A stretch of 64,000 bases of DNA from Geosiphon pyriformis uo1 (lineage: Eukaryota; Fungi; Glomeromycota): NCBI GenBank assembly GCA_016748015.1, contig JAAOMT010000591.1:543050-607049 (forward strand). Direction: 5' to 3'. How positions within the stretch are numbered: position 1 is the first letter of the stretch; each line of letters starts with the position of its first letter. Positions 26,441-39,269 of this stretch are shown here, piece by piece. The notes under the pieces are model-generated. The model had not been told where the DNA came from and searched no databases. It worked only from the letters and a program-made list of their open reading frames with translations. A program made the position numbers and the translations under genes.

Positions 26441-27087
26441 TTATTACATGTATTAGCCACTGATGTTATATAATTAGCCACTCTATTTTTAGATAGTGAT
26501 CATTAACCTAATCAATGACCTGACCATTGACCTGATCATTGACCTAGTTGTTAACCTGGTCATTGACCACTTTCATTAGCTATATAAGCAATGAGTCTCT
26601 TAGCAGTAGAAAATCATCTCTCAGACAAGAATCAAATAAATAAAAATAACAACTTTCATCTCAATCACTCTCTTATTGCTAATTTCCCTTTCCCTACCTT
26701 CAAGTATCCAAACATCTTAGGATAAAAGATTACTTGTTGGCCTTTTCCTGACATATATAATTGTAGCATTTGAAGATTATTTGAATAAACGTGACTGAAA
26801 AGCACAAGTTGATACCTGATATTGAATTCTAAGAGCGCTAATATGAGGCATAGAATTATACCAGTGGTGATCAATTGTTGACAGTACGGACTATCTCTCT
26901 ACCTTCAGATTCCCCAGTTACCTTTAAAAAGAATAGCGACTGAGATATTTTATGAGACTGATTTCGCACATTGAATCCATACTCATTCAATTTGCTTATT
27001 GAAGTTGAATTCCCTTTGATCTATTCCATTACTATACAATCTTGTTCTCCCTTGCTATCCATTAGCTTGTTACTCCAACCCATAACA
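26410..27087 (+). repeat. 3' LTR of A1 (678 bp, six 12-bp units)
   Basis: Direct repeat of 19294-20019, 48 bp shorter (four units). Confidence 0.95.
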
Positions 27088-27091
27088 TTAT

Positions 27092-27715
27092 ATTTGTTTT
27101 ATTTTTTACTTTTTTATTTTTTATTATTGTTAATGCTTTATTGTTATAATATTTGGCTCTTATAAATTTTTAGATCTTGCTGTTATAAAAATTGATATTC
27201 TATATAAGTATTATATTTAGTAAAAAAATTTTAAATATTGTTATTATTACAAATATTAAAATTTAAATTATTTATTTGCTAATTACAAAGTGTCTTTACT
27301 TTTTTTTCAGATTATTTGTTAAGTTTTCTGTTGGCTTTAAGTTTTTTGTGTTGTTTTTAATTAATAATTAATCCTATGTTAAGGCTTTTATTCTTTTGGC
27401 TTTTTTTTATATTGCTTTTTTGGCTGTTTTTATTGCTAATTCTATTATTAAGTTTAGATTAGATTTTTTAAAATCTTATATCTTAAGTTTGGTTGTTTTG
27501 ATAAAATTTGTTATTAAGTTTATTAGTTTCTTAATTATTTTAATTACTATTTTTTTAAATAAAAATACAGACAAAAAACTTCAGATAAAAAAAAATTTGT
27601 TTTTTATAAAAAATATTGTTAATAATTTTGCTAGTCTTTTAATTAATGTTATTAAAAACTTTATATATCTTAAATCTGAAGTAAATTTTAGTAATATAGA
27701 CTATAATAAAATATT
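27092..27715 (+). pseudogene. Hypermutated relic (3' part) of the ORF1-only family, continuing 17964-19293
   Basis: Resumes at the A1 TSD and stays roughly colinear with the reverse complement of ~57575-56900 (e.g. AATCCTATGTTAAGGC vs AATCCTATGCCAAAGC). The end is approximate. Confidence 0.65.
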
Positions 27716-27733
27716 AACTGTTATTACTTATAT

Positions 27734-28459
27734 TGTTATGGGTTGGAGTAACAAACTAATGAATAGTAAGAAAGAACAGGATTGTAGAGTGATGGAAATA
27801 ATCAAAGGGAATTTCAACTTTAAAGAGCAAATTAAATGAGTATGAATTCAATGTGCGAGATCAGTCTCATAAAATATCTCAGTCACTATTCTTTTTAAAG
27901 ATAACTGGAGAATTTGAAAATAGAGGAATAGTCTGTACTGTCAACAAATGATCACACTTGGTATAATTCTATGCTTCACATTGGCACTCTTAGAATTCAA
28001 TATCAAGTATCAGATGTGCTTTTTAGTCACATTTTATTCAATAATCTTCAAATACTTCATTTAATTGTTTCAGAAAAAAGCAGATAAATACCAACAAGAG
28101 ATCTTTTATCCAAAAGATGTTCAGATACTTGAAGATAGAGAAAGAGAAATTAGCAATAAGAGAATGTTTGAGATAAAAGTTGTTTTATTATATTTCTTTG
28201 ATTGTTGGGAACATACTTTTCTACAGCTAAAAGACTCATTGCTTATATAGCTATGAAAAGTGGTCAATGATTAGGTTAATAATCAGGTCAATAATCAGAT
28301 CAATAATCAGGTCAACAGTCAGGTTATTGATCAGGTTAATGATCAGGTCAATAATCAGGTCAATGGTCAGGTCATTGATCAGGTCAATGATTACTATCTA
28401 AAAATAGGTTGGCTAATACATATAATAACTAATAAAAACTATGAGTTTCAACCATAATA
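27734..28459 (-). repeat. 3' LTR of A2 (eleven 12-bp units)
   Basis: Inverted copy of the family A LTR; pairs with 44924-45622. Confidence 0.93.
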
Positions 28460-28684
28460 TCATTCTTTCCAAAGAGATTGAGCTCCAGCAAAATCAAACT
28501 ATTTATGGGATATTCTAATTGAAGGGTTTTATCTAACTCAAAACTAACTAGTTTTTTAAAGTCTTTTGTGAATAAAATGTATAGTACTTGAGGTAAAATG
28601 AGCTTTGTATCCAAGAGACCAAATCTTTGTATAAGAGTTTTGGCTCTTCTGACAATGGTCAAAACTCTTGGGACATCCAACCAT

Positions 28685-29610
28685 TGTTACTCCTAGAATA
28701 TAAAAAATATAGTATTATTAGTCAGTAGATATTAGCCAATCAGATGTAGATGTAATAAATGTGAAATTCCAAGATTTCTCTCAGAGGAATTGCAGAATTC
28801 CAGAAATTTCAGGATTCTCTAACAAGGAATCGCAGGATTCCAGAATTCTAGGATTCCTCTCATTAGGAATTACAGGATTCCAGGAATTCCAGGATTCCTG
28901 TCGCAAGGAATTGAGGAATTGAAAAATCTCAAATATGTATATATAGCAGTAGTGTTAGAAACAGAAAAGACAGAATCAACACTAGGAATTCTTAGCTGAG
29001 TTACTACAATTCTCAAATAAATAATTATTCACTATATCAAATTCATTCTTCACTATCAACACTTCATGTTAATAGTAACTGATGCTTAACCATACTGGAA
29101 CAATAGCTCTTGATCACGGCTATTGACAGGATACTAACCTGCAAATCGCCTTGGCTTATTTTTTATTTTTCTTTTATCTTTCTCTATTTTCTTTGTTGTC
29201 TACTAACTTGATTAAAGAATTTACTCTTGGAGGACTTACAGAGGAATAAAACTTACTTAAAAAATACTTACTCTTGGAGAACTTATGGAGGAATAAACTT
29301 GCTTAAACAATACTTACTCTTGGAAGACTTACAGAGGAACTGATGTCAGGAAACAGCACTGGTATATACTTATGGAGGATATTATACCAGAAGAATTATC
29401 AACTATCCAGCTGAGCAAGCAATCAACAAAACTATGGTTTCAGAAAACTACTAATAAACTGTTACCATTGAATCTCTGTTCATTATAGAAAGAACTCGAT
29501 TGAAAAACCTTCAGATAAAATACCTTTAGATTATCATTATTACCAATTACTTTGCACACCAAGTTACAGGTTTGTTATTCACTTAACACCCCAAAGACTC
29601 ACCTGTAACA
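28685..29610 (+). repeat. 5' LTR of family B with GGAATT(G/C)CAGGATTCC-type repeats and a triple ~40-45 bp repeat
   Basis: TGTTACTCC...CTGTAACA; repeats ~28764-28919; TATATATAG ~28938; (TTACTCTTGGAGGACTTACAGAGGAA)-like x3 at ~29221-29340. Confidence 0.93.
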
Positions 29611-30660
29611 TTTGGTGCTTCCTGTGAGATATAATTCTACAGAGAACTAGTACCAACAAAAACAAACCAAAAGTGGCAGAATCAGAAAATATAGGAGCAA
29701 ACCATTTAGGATTTGCAAAATCTTTGTTTCAATAATACAGCCAACAATTAAGATTAAACAGTAATTATTACCCAGCCAAATCAGCCTTCAACTTCTATGT
29801 CAATGACAAAATTACTGAATGCTTAGGAAAAACAGTTAACATTGAAGCAGCAAGAAAAAACTTTTACACAAAATTATTTCAACACACCAACTTACCAAGA
29901 AACTATAGTTTTATACCAATAATCAGAAAAATCAACCAAACTATTGAAAGGTACACTCAACAACAATTTCCTATCACCTACACAGATAAAAGCAAAGGAA
30001 GGTTACAAACACCAGCAGTAACACCTAAAGAGATACAACTACTAACTTAGAAGAAACAAAGAATTGAATTCTCACCATATTTATCATATCATTGCACACC
30101 CAGAAGCACTATCAATATTTCATCTGCAGATGCATTTACACTAAACACGACATCAACATTTGGACAATTCTCATTCCAAAGTAAACAAAAAAAAGCAGAG
30201 TTATTGGGACCATACGGTGAATATTTCGAGGAATTTAAATCGCAATTACCAATGCCATCAGAAATTTGATCACTGCCATCTCCACCAGATTTTGGAATCT
30301 CTGATCTGTGGGAGGTAATGGAATTAGAAAAAAAGTAAAGAAGAAGAAACTGAGGATCAAGAATTCACTTACCAGAACCTGATCACTGAAAACCTGGAAT
30401 TTGAAACCCCAAATCTTCAGAACCAGCAAAATTTAAATTCAGTAAATTTGAAAGTTAAAACTCTGAATATTCAGACACCGCCAATTCAGAATAATCAAAA
30501 CCCCGATCTAATTAATCAACCAAACTTACCTCTGGTAATCGTTATTGATCAACCACCAATTGATCTAATAGCTGAACCCATACAGCAGTTACTTCAACTA
30601 CCACCTTAACAAAATCAACAACTGCTTTAACAGCCACCACAACCACCCAACTTAGATCTA

Positions 30661-33600
30661 ATGGCCTATACACCAATTGTGAAACTGGATAATTTCACCA
30701 GCAAAGAAGATGATGCTCAAGTATGGCTGAATGATGTGAAAAAAGCCATCGCAGCCAACAGATGAAATAACACCTGAGCAATACAAGCCATTCTCTATTT
30801 TCTCAAAGATACCGCTGATTCATGGTATCAGAGCTTGATCAATAAACCACAAGACTTTAATGCTTTCAAAGTGGAATTCTTAAGATATTTCAGCAACAAT
30901 AACAGTATTAACCGCCTAGTCAATACATTTACCACCATGAAGCAAAGAAAAACTGATGCAGTCACACGCACCAGAGATTTTGAATCAGCTGAGTTCGAAG
31001 CCAATCACGCCCAAGCTGTTAATTTAGTAATGAACAAATCATCTGAATTGGACTCCAAATTGAAACAATTCAGTGATTTAATTAATCAGAAATTAAAAGG
31101 ATACTTAGCTGACAATTGTGCAATTTATCAACCACCTCAATAATGCAGCAATTCAGGAAACTACAATCATTCCCAAAATCAAGTGTGTCTCTCAACATCG
31201 GCCAATTAGCAGTGGCAGCCAGAGATGCGTGTTTGCCACAACTGTGATAAACAAGGGCACATCAGAGCAAACTGCAATGCTTATAACCACCAGCAATTGG
31301 GAAATCAATATAGAAACCCTGATCGCCAATTTTAAACTCTGAGATATCAACAAAATCAGGAACAATATCAAAACACTTATCTGCCAATAACACAGCAGCC
31401 AATTTACCAAGCATCAATATATCAGACTCCAGTTTATCAACTACAGCCACCAGCAATATATCAACCACAACCACCCATAATATATTAGCTGTAGCCACAA
31501 GTAATCTATCAACCCCAATTAATTTAGACACCACCCCAAAATTCAGTTAATATGACATCAGGCCACCCCAGACCTAGAAACACACAAAACTGGAAATTGG
31601 CGATAGTTGTCCACCAACTGATCTCCAGTTTTTCTAACTCACCATCAGGATTACATTCTTGGAATTCGGGTATTAGTGCCACCTAAAACCTGAATTCCCA
31701 GAACTATTTAAGTCTTCTGGTTACTCCAGAAGATGCCACCACCAACAATTCGGAATCCAACCAACAACAAGCACTTACCAACAACATTCTACCAGCAACT
31801 GTCACCAATAACAAATTGCTTGTGGCCATCTTTTTTTTCGACTTGAAAGAAATGATCAAAATTCCGTTATTTAGTGGAACAGCTCTGGAAGAGAAGCTAA
31901 TCACCACCATGTATATAGATGCCAAAATCAATGGTCACATCATCAAACTGATCTTGAATATTGGATCAGCTGGCAGCATCATAACAAGGCAATTCATGAA
32001 TCAATTAAGTCACTGAGTTGACCAAGCTGTCAGTGCAAGGATCATCACAGCTAATGAAGCGATTAAAACTCCAATAGGCAAAATAGACAACCTACCTATT
32101 GAAATTAATGGCATCATGGTACCCATCAAAGTCCTTGTGATGGAAGCCACTCAGTACCAAGCTTTTGTTAGAAATGATTGACTATCCAAAACAAATGCCA
32201 TACTCAATTGGACAATGCAAGAGCTCCAACTGAGCCAAAATGGTCAACATACTCAAGCACCAACAGTATGTGGCCACTTTAAACCAACCAACTCGCAACC
32301 ACTGATCGAACTTGAAAAGGAAACAAAAAAACCAACATGGGAAGCATATCAGGTTTCGTGGGCTGACATCGACCACAATGAACTGCTACCCATACTCGTC
32401 TGAAACAAAGATGACCATGGAAAAAGAAAGCAGAAAGAAGAACATACCTGGGAAACCACTATTGGCACTTGGATTGATGACAACCAAAATGAGTTGCCAC
32501 CTACACTAAGTTGGGAAGAAAAAAAAAAGAGAAAGAAAAGAGAAGACAACCTACCAAAAGAAATTGAATCAACAAAAGACACCACTAGTGGCTGGACAAG
32601 TTTGAACTCTGTCCATGAGCCACTGCCACAACCACCACACATACTGCTCAAATACAAAAATTGTGGAAAGAAACTCTCTTCCATGAGAGCTTGGGTCACA
32701 CCAGACAAAAATCACTGAACGCAAACCCACTATTATTGTAAGCCTTGCCACCGCAAATGGTATGGCTATCCAAAAAGACAGGACAAGTGAGACAACAAAC
32801 CATATCTTGCTTGCAGCAAACAGTTGCTTGACAAAGGAATGTAGAACAACATTCCTGGTCAAGGAAAAATATGCAACACTTCATGTCAGTACACAATTCT
32901 CATCAATGACTGGGTGAGTCATGGTATGTCAATAACTGCCACTTGGCACTAAGCAATCTCTCGCCTGAACAGATACCCACATGATGAAGACAAGATCTGG
33001 CGGATGGCAAATGCCAAAGTAGAAGGTGCCACACCCAATAAAATCTTGGAAATCAAGAACAATCCTCCAAAACCAGTTAACATTATCCTAGTCCCCAACC
33101 CAGACACTTTTTTTAACATTGAGACCAACTCAGAAGACTTCCACAAACATTATCAAAATTTAGCACCAACCAGAAAGGAACAGAAAGAGTGGTTAGCACA
33201 GCTAAATACTTGATTATGTGACCACTGTTTGATTCCATGTGACTTTTAATATTGTAATGAGTGTGATCTCATTTACAATCTACTGATCTGCATGATTTAC
33301 ATGATCCCAGAGGAAGAGAAACCAATCAGCAGCTGCACATTGGAATCAGAATTACCGTTTGATCCCAATTTAAACTCCGACAATGACAACAACAAAAACA
33401 CCAATTCCAGCTCCATTCAAATTGGCAATAACAACGACAATGATTCCAACTCAGATTCAAACTCTGATCCAAAATATGAACAATACATTGCACTGCCAGA
33501 CCTCTCCAAAGAACAGGAGTTGAAATGGTATAGTGACAATAATAAAAATATCATGCCAGAACGTGCACACAATAATGATGCTGGATTTGATCTGAGGTAT

Positions 33601-35778
33601 CCAGGAAAAAATGCCATCAAATTGGAACCACATTCATGCACCTACATTGATTTGAAAATAGCACTGGAAATTTCAGCAACAACAATAGTCCAATTAGCAT
33701 TTAGGAGTAGTTTAGCGAAAAGAGGAATTAATATAAGAGAAGGAATAATTGATGCAGGATATGTAGAAAATATTATCACTATGCTACAAAATGATTCAGA
33801 AGAGGCCTATATAATAGAGCCCAATGAAAAGATAGCACAGGCAATATTCCTGCCTCTGGTTAGAGTAGCTCAGTTAGTATTAGTGAGAAAGAGGAAGAAA
33901 TTAAGAATAACAGTGAGAGAAATACAGGGATTTGGATTAACAGGTAGAGTAGATGTACCAGTCAATATGGCAGAAGAAGAAATTGTTGACCAAGGGGAAA
34001 TTATCTCAACAGGTCAAACAATTTCTATTCCACCATATGGCCAGTACATGATAGGGATAAAGCGGGAGGTAAAAAATCAGATTCAGATTTTTAAAGCAGA
34101 ACCAACTCTCTGTAAATCAGGAGAGATTGGACTTATCAATTTCCATATACCAGCCAAAGATTACAGCCACATCAAAATACCCATCTACAATAACACAGGA
34201 AATGTCATAGTAATATCAGCTGGAACCACTATTGGATACTTAAGCACTAAAATAGAGGATCAATCACCAAGCACCATTCCAGACTTTTCACAGCTTTGTG
34301 AATATGTTGATATCACATCACAAACAATATATGGACGAAGTGAATGTTATTTGCTCCAACCAGAACAATTGGAACAAATGAACATAGGAAACTTAGATCC
34401 ACTCCAATGTATGCAACTTAAGATGTTGCTCAACAATTTCAATGACATCTTTGCTAGCAAAAACGAATTTGGCCAAACTGACATCATCCAGCATCAGATC
34501 AAGACTGGAGATGCAATGCCAATTAAATAAAGAGCATACAGAGTACCACCAGCTAGCCACGAGATTATCCATCAAGAGATAAACCAAATGCTTGATAATA
34601 AGCTAATTCAGTCATCAATGAGCCCATGGTCATTACCAATGGTACTCGTCCAGAAAAAGAATGGGAAAATCCACTTTTGTGTGGATTATAGAAAACTCAA
34701 TAGAATAACTCATGAAGATAGCTACCTCACTTCATGGATCCAAAAACTATTTGATGCTTTCGGTGGAAACAAATGGTTTTCAACATTAGACCTGGACAGT
34801 AGTTACTGGCAAGTAGCCATGAATTCAGCCAACAAAGAAAAGACAGCATTCACCACCAGAGAAGAGAATTTTGAATTTGAAGTAATGCTATTTGGCTTAA
34901 CCAACGCACCAGCCACTTTCCAATAGCTAATGGAAATTGTTTATACTGGCTTATTGTGGAAATTAGTAGTTGTATACTTGGACAACACCAATGTATTCTT
35001 AAAAACATTTAATGATCATCTTCATTATCTTCAACAAGTATTCGAAAGACTAAGAAGAGCAGGACTAAAGTTAAATACAACAAAGTGTTTTTTCAGCAAA
35101 ACAGAACTAAAATTTTTGGGACACATAGTCAGTAAAGACAGCATCAAAACAGATTCAAAAAAAATAGAAATAGTAAAGAACTTTCCAGTGCCAACCAATA
35201 TGACAGAACTGAAATTATTCTTGGAATTTGCCAGCTACTATCGACATTTTATCAAGAACTTTTCCAAGATAGCACAGCCATTCAATCAACTGTAAACCAA
35301 GAATACAAAATATGAATGAACAGAAAGTCAACAAAAAGCTTTTGATATTCTGAAAAGAAAATTCATTCAAGCTCCAGTACTGATCTATCCAGATTACAGC
35401 AAACTATTTATTATCACCACCGATGCATCTGGCCAAGCATTGGGAGCAGTACTATCTCAGAGAGGACCAGACGGCAGAGAACATCCAGTAACATATGCCA
35501 GCAGAGGTTTAACACCAGCCAAAAAGAACTATAGAACACCAGAACAAGAACACTTAACAATATACTGGGCAGTCATGAAATAGAAAGAATACTTGAGCCA
35601 GAAGTTTGAAATATACACAGATCACAAAGAATTAATATCACTTCAAAAACAAGAATTTGGAGATGGAAGACAGTCAAGATGAAAAATGGCACTCACACCA
35701 TATAATTATACTATACATTATAAAAAGGGAAAAGACAATGGAAATGCTGATGGTTTGTTGTGAATGAAACAAATCTAA
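30661..35778 (+). pseudogene. Family B gag-pol in a single frame: capsid, CCHC, protease, Cys-rich region, dUTPase, RT, RNase H
   Basis: All ORF fragments from 30835 to 34930 are in one frame. LDNFTSKEDDAQVWLNDV capsid; CHNCDKQGHIRANC; LILNIGSAGS protease; MLFGLTNAPATFQ and YLDN RT; TTDASG and GNADGL RNase H; TAA 35776-35778. The coding frame probably extends upstream to ~29343-29640. Confidence 0.88.
33550..33945 (+). pseudogene. dut: dUTPase domain within family B pol
   Basis: All five trimeric dUTPase motifs are recognisable: DAGFDL, RSSLA, GIIDAGY, EKIAQAI, R..QGFG.TG. Confidence 0.92.
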
Positions 35779-35840
35779 GAACATTTCAACCCAAAAATAT
35801 AACAAAACCAGAACAATACCAATGAAAAATATAACAAAAA

Positions 35841-37201
35841 ATGAATATACAAAAATATTAACAACTGCAACATTATATAAACACTCAACAGTTCAAGGAG
35901 AATTTATTTCAAATGGAACAAAAAAGTATCAAACAACAATCAAAATATTTTATCACTCACTAAAATATACTTTACCAGAAAAATAGAAGAGATCTAGATC
36001 AACCAACCAGAGTAATTACAGAGCCAGAAAAAGAGACAATATTATTTAACATGCACTCAAATCCAACAGCAGGACACTTTCACAAAGAAGCAACTATAGA
36101 AAAAACCAAAAAAAAATACTATTGGCCATCAATGTATCCAGACATCATCCAATATGTTCAAAATTATGATGCTTGTCAGTAAAGAGGAGGTACAAAACTC
36201 AGTGAACCATTAAGACCAATCAAAGTGGGATTGATTTAGTCAGACCATTAACAATCACCAGCGGAAAAAACAGGTACATAGCAGTAGCCATGGACTATCT
36301 CACTAAATGGCCAGAGGTGAAAGCAATTCAAAGAGTGGATGCAAAATCCGTTGCTAAATTTGTTCATCAAGATTTAATTTGTCAACACGGATGTCCAAAG
36401 GAATTATTATCAGACCAAGAAACTCATTTTGTGAACAGAACATTAACAGAATTGAGCCAAAGATTTGGAATTAAGAGACCACTATTATCACCATACCATC
36501 CACAAACCAATAAATTAGTCAAAAGATTCAACAGAACATTGTGTGAAGCAATAGCTAAGCTCAGCCAAGAAAACCAGAACGATTGGGATTTGTTGATACC
36601 ATCAGTACTATTTGCTTATCGGACAATGAAGCAAGATACTATACAAGCAACATTATTTGAATTAGTATATAGTAGAACAACAACACTACCAGTAGAAATA
36701 GAAGTCAGTATATACCCAACCAAATCAATAACAGAAGAGAATTTCAAAAACACATTGTTGAAAAGAACATATGACTTAATAAAAACATTAGAAAACAAAT
36801 GACGAAGAGCAGTTGATAACATACAAAAGTCACAAGAGAAACAAAAAGAAAGATATGATAACCAACTACTAGATAAACCAGTTAAATTCAAGATTGAAGA
36901 CAAAGTACTACTACATCATACCAAAACGTAAAAACAATAGAGTAGAAAATTTGACCCCAAATGGGACAGACTATTTCACATGGAAGAAATTCTAGGAAAT
37001 AGAGCTTACAAATTAAGATTGAATAACAAAATCTTAATCAAAGCAGCATATGGAGATCGACTGAAATCATACCACCATATAGCATCATCATCTACCAGTA
37101 ATATTCCACAATTAGAAGTACAGAGAATACTAGTCCAACCAAATGAGATTTCACGAGATCTAAAACCAATCATTATCATTAACAACAACATGTCTAATTG
37201 A
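35841..37201 (+). pseudogene. int: Family B stand-alone integrase ORF, disrupted
   Basis: Own ATG at 35841 in a different frame from pol. MHSNPTAGHFH zinc domain, MDYLTKWPE, LLSDQ, YHPQTN.LV.RFN core, C-terminal SH3-like region. Confidence 0.85.
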
Positions 37202-37884
37202 TTGACAAAAAAATATATAAGAACATAGTTGACATGACAGAAAAGATCAGAAAAATGGAAATTACGGACAATATCCATTCACCTGCTCAACAAATTTTTC
37301 AATTAATTCAACACCAGGAAATAGAAATTACAATCAATCAACAAATTATTTGTTACAAAAATATGGCAAAGATATCACAAAACAAAGCACAGAAAAGACT
37401 TGAAAATGTTGTTGACAAGATCATGACCAAGATAAAATTGGCCATAAAAGAACAACAAATAGTCGGATTACACCAAGAACTTACCAGAGAAACTTGGACT
37501 TAGTGAATGCAACAATTTCTGAAAAACTATTGTTATTTTCACTTGGAACAACATGTAAATATCCAGAATTTGTACACCGACAAAACAAAATGGTTATTTG
37601 ACACAACAATACTGAAACAACTAAAACAATTTATGGGAAAAAACAATCTAACCACACAAGCTTGAGCCATTTACCAGCTATATATGAGATTTCAAGACTG
37701 ACCAGAAATCTTACTCAATACAGCAATGGATACAGTTACAAGTAATCAATTGGGAAAAATGACCAACATCCAATTTGAAGAACTATAAACTAAAATAACA
37801 CAAATAATACTCAAAAAAGAAGTTCAAAAAATAATTCAAGAAGGGGAATTAAAGGAATTAGATTTTGATGGAGCTCAATATTAA
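37198..37884 (+). pseudogene. Family B ORF3 (unknown function, env position), disrupted
   Basis: About 228-codon frame between IN and the PPT, broken only by stops explicable as C>T/G>A. The C-terminal motif resembles family A ORF3. Confidence 0.65.
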
Positions 37885-37897
37885 AAAAAGGAAATAA

Positions 37898-38823
37898 TGT
37901 TACTCCTAGAATATAGGAAATATAGTATTATTAGTCAGTAGATATTAGCCAATCAGATGTAGACATAGTAAATGTAGAATTCCAAGATTCCTCTTAGAGG
38001 AATTGCAGGATTCCAAGAATTTCAGGATTCTCCAATAAAAAATTGCAGGATTCCAGAATTCCAGGATTTCTCTCATCAGGAATTGCAGGATTCCAGAAAT
38101 TCCAGAATTCCTGTCGCAAGGAATTAAGGAATTGAAAAATCTCAAATATGTATATATAGCAGTAGTGTTAGAAGCAGAAAAGACAAAATCAACACTAGGA
38201 ATTCTTAGCTGAATTACCACAATCTTCAAATAAATAATTATTCACTATATCAAATTCATTCTTCACTATCAACACTTTATGTTGATAGTAACTGATGCTT
38301 AACCATACTGGAACAATAGCTCTTGATTATGGCTATTGATGAGATACTAACTTGCAAATCACCTTGGCTTATTTCTTATTTTTCTTTTATCTTTCTCTAT
38401 TTTCTTTGTTGTCTACTAACTTGATTAAAGGATTTACTCTTAAAGGACTTACAGAGGAATAAAACTTACTTAAAAAATATTTACTCTTGGAGAACTTATA
38501 GAGGAATAAACTTGCTTAAATAATACTTACTCTTGGAAAACTTACAGAGGAACTGATGTCAGGAAACAGTACTGGTATACACTTATGGAGGATATCATAC
38601 CAAGAGAATCATCAATCATCCAGCTGAGCAAGCAATCGACAAAATTACGGTTTCAGGAAACTACTGATAAACTGTTACCATTGAATCTCTGTCCATTATA
38701 CAAAGAACTCAATTGGAAAACCTTCAGATAAAATATCTTCAGATTATCATTGTCACCAATCACTTTGCACACCAAGTTACAGGTTTGTTATTCACTCAAC
38801 ACCCCAAAGACTTATCTGTAACA
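37898..38823 (+). repeat. 3' LTR of family B
   Basis: Direct repeat of 28685-29610, same length. Confidence 0.93.
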
Positions 38824-39269
38824 CCGTATAATGCCCAAAATTTCCACTTGTATCTCTGAAGTTGTTTTCTTCATAAGCTTCATGTCTTCTATGATTTCAC
38901 CAAGATGACCATAGAGTTCTAGTTGTTTTCCATATGACAAGTTTTTGTCTATGGGCAAAATTTCTTTAATCATTTTTCCAATTGTGATGGAAGGTATAAG
39001 TATTGCTGCTGTTATGCTTTCCAACAGATACTTATCCATTTTGCTACCAATTCTTTCTCTTCTGGTAGTTGTTTTCTTTGGTCTGATAACAGTATGTGTT
39101 CCATTGTTGTTAGTTATTGTAATTTGTTTTCCAATGGTTAGAGTAGCATTTGGATAGTTTTTAATCCAATACTTATGAAGAATATAAAAAGCGTTTTGAA
39201 TGTTTTGATTCAGAAAATAATTGTTCATGTCGATTGAAGATACCTCTGTTTTGGAAATGGTGCATTTAT

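Larger units (their letters stand above)
19294..27087 (+). mobile_element. Ty3/Gypsy LTR retrotransposon, family A copy 1 (full length, degenerate)
   Basis: LTRs 19294-20019 and 26410-27087 (TG...CA). TSD TTAT at 19290-19293 and 27088-27091. PBS 20026-20044, PPT just before 26410. Order gag, PR-RT-RH, IN, ORF3. Confidence 0.96.
28685..38823 (+). mobile_element. Ty3/Gypsy family B LTR retrotransposon encoding dUTPase (full length, degenerate)
   Basis: Two 926-bp LTRs (28685-29610, 37898-38823). TSD CCAT/CCGT at 28681-28684 and 38824-38827; removing the element restores A2 ORF3. PBS at 29613, PPT ~37883-37897. Confidence 0.95.
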
